From NCBI GenBank assembly GCA_964016885.1, contig OZ024740.1, positions 264,492,001 through 264,556,000 of the forward strand: a DNA stretch of 64,000 bases, written 5' to 3'. The notes below the pieces were generated by a model, which was not told where the DNA came from, searched no databases, and saw only the letters and a program-made list of their open reading frames with translations. Positions 56,814 to 64,000 of the stretch are shown in pieces. This DNA comes from Eledone cirrhosa (lineage: Eukaryota). Position 1 is the stretch's first letter. Each line of letters opens with the position of its first letter. Made by a program: the position numbers and the translations under genes.

Positions 56814-59129
56814 TTGAGTATTACAGTTGAAACTCTTAAGGGGCAGGCCAAAAAGCTAACCAACTGGAAATCGCCAGGCCCAGATGGTGTGCAAGGGTAT
56901 TGGATTAAACATTTAGCATCCCTCCACCCGAAGCTGACGGCCATGTTCAATGACTGCTTGGTGTCGGGTGAGGTGCCAGAGTGGTTGACAAAAGGTACCA
57001 CAGTTCTGATAATGAAAGACCGAATCAAGGGTAATGATGTTACCAACTATAGACCTATCACATGTCTGTCCGTAATGTGGAAACTGTGGACGAGCATTGT
57101 GTCTGAGGAAATCTACCATCACCTCCACACAAACAACTTGTTACCGGACGAACAGAAAGGATGCCGAAAGAAGTCACGTGGTACAAAGGACCAGTTACTT
57201 ATTGATAAGATGGTAATGGGGAATTGCAGGAGGAGACACACTGATCTTGCCATGGGATGGATAGACTACAGAAAGGCATTTGACATGGTGCCCCATTCCT
57301 GGATCACCAAAAGCCTGGAGATCTTCAAGGTGGCAGATAACATCAGACAGTTGCTAGGCAGGAGTATGGGGTCCTGGGAGACAGAGTTGACATCAACTGG
57401 AGTATCCTTGGGAAGCGTGAAGATCAAGAGAGGTATCTTCCAGGGAGATAGCCTGTCCCCTCTGTTGTTTGTCCTTGCCCTGATGCCCTTGACCATTATG
57501 CTGCGAAAAGTGAGAGCAGGATACAAGTTGGGAAGGGGAGAGCTTACCATCAATCACCTCCTATTCATGGACGATCTTAAGCTCTTCGGGAAAAGTGAGA
57601 AGGAGTTGGATGTGCTTGTTGACACTGTCCGTATTTTCAGCAGTGATATATGTATGCAGTTTGGTATTGGTAAATGTGGAGTCATTGTGATGAAGAGGGG
57701 TAGGTTGAGCAGAAGTAACGGGATCCAGATACCAACAGGTGAGATGATAAAGGAAATTGACTCTGAGGAAGGATACAAGTATTTGGGCGTTCTGGAGGCT
57801 GATGGCATAAAGAACAAAAAAATGAAGGAATTGTTAAGAACTGAATACATTCGGAGAGTAAGGAGCGTATTGAAATCACATCTGAACAGCAGAAATGCCA
57901 TAAGCGCAGTAAATTCCCGAGCTGTGTCTATTATTAGGTACAGTGCGGGAATTCTGAGATGGAATGTTGCTGAACAAAAAGAAATGGATAGGAAGACTAG
58001 GAAGCTATTGACTATCTACAACATGTTCCACAAGAGGAGTGATGTCGATAGACTCTACCTAAGGAGATCTGAGGGTGGAAGAAGTCTTATCAGCATAGAG
58101 GACTGTGTTCAGATGGAGAAAAACAACCTATACAAATACGTGACCTATAGTAAGGAGCCAATGCTCAGAACTGTACTGAAGGAGGGGACAGTAGGCCAGG
58201 GGATGTCCAAGGAGGAAATAACATCAAGGAGGAAGAGCAACCTTAAGGGAAAATCCCTTTATAGTACCTTCTTTGAGAAAACTGAATTTAGAGATCCACA
58301 GACATGGAACTGGTTGAGAAGAGGAGACCTCAAAAAGGCTACAGAAGGAATGCTAATGGCTGCGCAGGAGCAGGCCCTCAAAACGAAGTGGTTGAAGCAC
58401 CATATCTACAAGGAGGAGGCTAGCCCACTGTGCAGGATCTGTGGAGACAGAGAGGAGACTGTGGCTCACATTGTGTCCGAGTGTAAACACCTAGCCCAGA
58501 CCCACTATAAGGGCTGGAGACACGATGTGATGGGCAGGGTGATCCACTGGCACCTGTGCAAAGTAAACAATTTACCACATTCTGAGAAGTGGTATGAGCC
58601 AGAGCATAAGCCAGAGGCGGTGATAGAAAACAATCAGGTGAAGGTGCTGTGGGATTTTAGGATACAGACGGACAAAAAACTGGAACACAATAGACCTGAC
58701 CTGGTGGTTGTGGACAAAGAAAAAAGATCGTGTCTGATTGTGGATGTGGCCTGCCCGTTCGACAAGAGAGTGCAAGAGAAGGAGAGGGAGAAAATTAACC
58801 GATACCAGGACCTAAAGTGGGAGGTGAAAAGGATCTGGAACTGCCATGAAGTCAAAGTGATCCCGATTGTCATAGGCGCACTGGGGACTATCTCCAAAAG
58901 TTTCCAGAGATGGTTAAAGAAAATCGGCCCCTTCACGCTTTTTGGAACGCTTCAAAAGGCATGCTTGCTTGGAACAGCAAGAACCCTCCGATACGTCCTG
59001 AATATCTGCGGCTGCAGGTAGTGGCTTGATATTCATCTCAACAAACTTTCTAGTTAACTAACATCAATGACTGAGACTCAAAGAGTAATAACAATAATAA
59101 TAATAATAATTATAATAATAATAATAATA
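56814..59129 (+). mobile_element. R4 family A, 5'-truncated, with open RT-CCHC-RLE frame to 59021
   Basis: Begins right after (TAA)n; all RT/RLE motifs intact; 6-nt insertion (EPEHK); the normal stop TGA is changed to TGC, extending the C-terminus. Confidence 0.93.
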
Positions 59130-60560
59130 ATCCAGATACCAACAGGTGAGATGATAAAGGAAATTGACTCTGAGGAAGGATACAAGTATTTGGGCGTTCT
59201 GGAGGCTGATGACATCAAGAACAAAAAAATGAAGGAATTGATAAGAACTGAATACCTTCGGAGAGTAAGGAGCGTATTAATGTCACATCTGAACAGTAGG
59301 AATGCCATAAGTGCAGTAAATGCCCGGGCTGTGTCTATTATTAGGTACAGTGCAGGAATTCTGAGATGGAATGTTGCTGAACAAAAAGAAATGGATAGGA
59401 AGATTAGGAAGCTATTGACTATCTACAATATGTTCCACAAGAGGAGTGATGTCGATAGACTCTACTTAAGGAGGTCTGAGGGTGGAAGAGGTCTTATCAG
59501 CATAGAGGACTCTGTTCAGATGGAGAAAAACAACCTACACAAATACGTGACTGATAGTAAGGAGCCAATGCTCAGAACTTTACTGAAGGAGGGGACAATA
59601 GGCCAGGGGATGTCCAAGGAGGAAATAACATCAAGGAGAAAGAGGAGCCTTCAGGAAAAATCCCTTCATAGTACCTTCTTTGAGAAAACTGAATTTAGAG
59701 ATCCACAGACATGGAACTGGTTGAAAAGAGACCTTAAAAAGGCTACAGAAGGAATGTTAATGGTTGCGCAGGAGCAGGCCCTCAAAATGAAGTGGTTGAA
59801 ACACCACATTTACAAGGAGGAGGCTAGCCCACTGTGCAGGATCTGTGGAGAGAGAGAGGAGACTGTGGCTCACGTTGTATCCGAGTGTAAACACCTAGCC
59901 CAGACTCACTATAAGGGCTGGAGACATGATGTGATGTGCGGGGTAATCCAATGGCACCTATGCAAAGTAAACAATTTACCACATTCTGAGAAGTGGTATG
60001 AGCATAAGCCAGAGGCGGTGATAGAAAACGATCAGGTGAAGGTACTGTGGAATTTTAGGATACAGACGGACAAGAAACTGGAACACAATAGACCTGACCT
60101 GGTGGTTTTGGACAAAGAAAAAAGATCGTACCTGATTGTGGATGTGGCCTGCTCATTCGACACGAGAGTGCAAGAGAAGGAGAGGGAGAAACTTAACTGA
60201 TACCATGACTTAAAGTGGGAGGCAAAAAGGATTTGGAACTGCCATGAAGTCAAAGTGATCCCGATTGTCAGAGGCGCACTAGGGACTATCTCAAAAAGTT
60301 TCCAGGGATGGTTAAAGAAAATTGGCCCCTTCACGCTTTTTGGAACGCTTCAAAAAGCATGCTTGCTGGGAACAGCAAGAACCCTCCGATACGTCCTGAA
60401 TATCTGAGGCTGCAGATAGTGGGTTGATATTCTTTTTAACAAACTTTCCAGTTAACTAACATAAATGACTGAGACTTGGTGATAACTCGTATGAACATAA
60501 AGCAAGATAAATGCAACTGTGATAATAATAATAACAACAATAATAATAATAATAATAATA
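59130..60560 (+). mobile_element. R4 family A, 5'-truncated, older/diverged, with a family-B 3' terminus
   Basis: Matches family A to 60476, then matches the family B 3' UTR end (GACTTGGTGATAACTCGTAT.AACATAAAGCAAGATAAATGCAA) and (TAA)n. Confidence 0.9.
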
Positions 60561-60831
60561 TTGTGAAATGTGTAAAATACGTATTTAAGAAAGCCACAAC
60601 AATGCAGAGGGAAATCTCGAGGTAGGAACTGAAAGAGAGATAGGAAAAACAGGTGAAAGTGAAAATTGAGAGAGACAAAGATGAAAACAAAACAAAGGTA
60701 GAAGGGTTACCGTAGTAGAGATTTAATCCCAATATTTCGGGCTCATGCCATCAACGGGGGAAAGTTCCAAATGGGGGGGGGGGGGCAGGCCAAGCGGAGA
60801 AAGTTGTGATGTCGTTAAGAATGCCGTTTTC

Positions 60832-63800
60832 TTAAATAAATAATAATAATGTTTTCTTTATTAACCACAAGGGTTTACATAAAGTAGACATTAAGGACAG
60901 TACAAGATGGTACAAATGGGCATTTCTGCGTGTGAAAAAACAGAGGATGTAATAAAATAACAAAGAAAAATTACCCAATAGGGGGGAGACTTCCGAGGGA
61001 CATTTGTGGAGAAAGCCCATTAAAAGACCACAGTGACCCTGACCACCAGGGCAAGTGCCCTCTCCCAGTTTCCCACCTTTAATTTACAGACACATACTCA
61101 GAGAATTCCCATTCATTCGGGCCATACTTGCTTCTCTCACCCATCTTTCAACAAAATGCTGGGAAGAGAGCATTTCCCTCTCTACCCTGAATTTCCTTTT
61201 CAAATGAAATTTGAAAAAGTTAATCAGGGCATCACCGAAGAGGTAAGTGCTCGTCTTCAGCCCTTTCAAACGTGTCCACCATACTATCTCTTTCGCCATG
61301 GCCACCAGACAGATAAAAACTGCCTGCCATTCCCGGCTAAAGGAAGAGGGCGGGCAATCCTCACGATGGACTCAGCTGATAGCTGGATCCGTCCTACACG
61401 TGACAGCAGGTGTTCGACATAAACCCACAAGTCAGCAATGCTCGGACACTGGACGAGTGCGTGCAGGACGGTTTCGTCGCCCTGTGCGCATCTCGGACAT
61501 GCCCAACTGACGGCACCTCCATGCCTGTAGAGTTTAACCCGAACTGGCAAAGTTCCCCGGTAGCACTGCCAGGCCAGGGATTTCTGGAAGTTGTCCATAG
61601 GCCCCAGCCCGAAAGTCGTTCCGAAGAGATTGGCTAGTTGATTTTTGTCGACGCCTAGAGTTTCTCCATGTACGTCGGTGGAGTTACCACCGATAACATT
61701 GCCCGATTGGTCGAGGGCTGTGAGCGCCTGAAGACATTCCAGTCTCCAAGCGCTCCCTCTCAGTCTTCGCTTGACCCAGGACTGCAGCTCCGTCAAGGAG
61801 ACGAGCTGGGGAAAGACGTGTCTAGCAAACGGCGACCACACCTGATCACCGTCGAGGAAGATGTGGAGATGTTGTAGCCTGAGCGCGTGTCTGCGCACCA
61901 TCAGCCACGGCATTCCCAGCCCTCCACGTAGCGGGTGTTGACAGCAGATGGACCGCCTGACCATCGGAGCGCGTCCCTTCCACAAAAAGCGAAAGAGCAA
62001 ACGCTCCAGCGCAGTCAGGCGGGGCTTAGGACAAGGTACGACGGTCAGGCGGTAGTAGATGACGGACGCGATGTACGCGTTAGCCACCTCCGCTCGACCT
62101 TTCAGGGATAGCTTCCTCTCGGCCCATTTCTGGGTGAGAGAAGCCACCCTGCTCGTCACCTCGTCCCATTTTTTGTCCGTCTGGAGGTCTGGACCGAACC
62201 AGACCTCTAGCAATTTAACCGATCCGTCCCTTCAGCGCCCGACGACGCTGTTGGACGGGATGGACCTGCCTCTCCAGGTGCGGAGCTGCAGGCCCACTGA
62301 TTTTTCCTGGTTGATCATTGCTCCTGTCACCGCTTCGTATTCTCTTCGTTCCGTGCCGATCGCCTCGATGTGTTTGGCGTTCGACACCACTACGGTGACA
62401 TCGTCCGCATATGCTGACACGGATCTTCCGCATCCTAGTTCGCGCGGGACCCCCCTCAACGTCTCCAGTTTGTGCAGTAATGACTCGAGAGTCAATACGT
62501 ACAATTGGGACGAGAGGGGACATCCTTGGCGGACCGAGCGCATGATGTTGAACGGTTCCGAAAGGTGACCGTTCACTCTCACTGCAGAGCAGATGTCGCT
62601 GTGCATGGCAACGATCCAGCCTCTGAAGACGGGCCCAAAGCCAGCCGCCCTCAGGACTGCCGCTAGTTAACAGTGGTCGACCCTATCGAAGGCTTTCGAC
62701 TGATCTAAATTGATCAAAGACCCACCCGTGCCAGGTTCCCTAGCTACCCTTTCTACGATGTATCGCATGAGGTGGAGGTTGTCGTGGATGGATCTGTCGG
62801 GAATGGCGCATGTCTGCGCCTCTCCCACCAGAACACCAACGACAAGCGCCCACCTCTTTGCTAGCACCTTGGCCAAAATCTGGAACTCTGTGTTTAGCAG
62901 AGTTATGGGCCTAAAATTATATATGTTATCCCCCTTGTTCGGATCCTTTCTCAGCAGCACCAACGCTCCTCGGCTCACAGAGCTGGGAATTCTCCCGTTC
63001 TGTTGCCAGTTGCAGTAGACGTCCGCCAAGAGGCCTCCGAACAAGTCTGGCATTTGTAAGTAAAGTTCAGAGGGCAGACCATCCAAACCAGGCGATTTAC
63101 CCCTTGTGCAGCTAGTCATTTCCTCCCGTACTTCAGCGGCTATTATCGGCTTTTCGCAACACTCCGCCTCAGTGGTCGAGTGCCGCGGCAGTCCGTCGAG
63201 GTAGACACTAAAGTCCATCCCTCGATCCGGCCCGCCACTGCCCCCGAACATTTGAGTGAAGTGTCGCTGAGAAGCTTCACACGTTTGCCCGGGATCGAGT
63301 AGCATGCGCCCGTCGTTGTCCACCAAAGACCGCATCGTGGCTTTGTTGCCACGACGCGCCTCCGCCACTCGGGCCCATTGAACGGCTTTCGTCCCCTCGT
63401 GTCTGAGAGCACGCACCCTAGCTCTGACAACGCAGCCTTCGTGCTTTGCATTGAAAAATTGGTCAAGAGCCAATTTCGCCGCAAGTACGTCGGTTGCGAT
63501 GCCTTTGCAAAGCGCCTCATCTAATTTTCTAACTAATTCTCCCTCTGCTCTATTTTTCTCTATTGCTAAAGTCTTACTAAACCTAATGGAGTCTATTCTA
63601 ATTGCTCTTTTCAGAGCAAACCACCACTTGTTGTTGACGATGGCCCCCGTCAACGCCCGCTTAACTAGTTCGCTAATCCGGTCTCTTTTGGCCTTGCGCG
63701 CTGGTTAGGACGCGTTTAGCTTCCAGTAGCCGGGTCCTCGTCTATGAAGCCTATCTAAGTCAAGCACACAGATCACGAATTTGTGGTCCGTGTAGCTGAC

Positions 63801-64000
63801 TATCTTGAATTGTGGACAGCCTATGCTAGACTTATCTATTTCCTTACAAAATACTCTATCTAGATATGATCTGGATGAGCCTATGCGATTTGTCCAAGTC
63901 CACATTGGTACATTTGGGAAATCCAATCGGTACTTGTCAGACAGTTCAAAACGCCTGAGCAGGTTGGTGAGACTCTTGCACCCTCCTTCCCTATCCGCTA
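60832..64000 (-). mobile_element. Decayed L1/Tx1-clade LINE ORF2 (APE C-terminus, RT, CCHC), continuing beyond the window
   Basis: SRSYLDRVF..TDHKFV..GPGYWKLNAS; KSPGLDGLP; LDQSKAFDRVDH; SVRQGCPLS; AYADD; CPRC..ETVLHALVQC; split by stops and frameshifts; AATAAA and (ATT)n at the 3' end. Confidence 0.92.

Overview
AT-rich, microsatellite-saturated animal genomic DNA with no recognisable host exon. The repeat make-up suggests a coleoid cephalopod such as Octopus (inference only). Almost everything interpretable is retroelement-derived: (1) two families of R4/Dong-type RLE non-LTR retrotransposons stacked in (TAA)n tracts (30.5-40.9 kb, 56.8-60.5 kb); (2) a decayed L1/Tx1-type element (60.8-64 kb, minus strand); (3) many decayed Penelope-like (RT + GIY-YIG) fragments; (4) a tRNA-derived SINE family. 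The main signal is non-coding. The 310-bp 'satellite' at 41211-46007 is a tandem array of a highly structured monomer carrying a type I hammerhead ribozyme (HHR), with 16 cores. It is split into two divergently oriented, virtually identical arrays sitting in an (AT)n tract. At least five other short HHR families (at about 7.1, 8.1/17.8/24-25, 11.5/12.0/51.4, 46.2 and 47.4/56.4 kb) lie in (AT)n tracts, most as head-to-head inverted and/or tandem copies. Each family has a different but palindromic helix III. This looks like a diverse community of non-autonomous retrozyme/pLTR-like RNAs mobilised by Penelope-like elements. All structures were folded by eye; coordinates of decayed elements are approximate.
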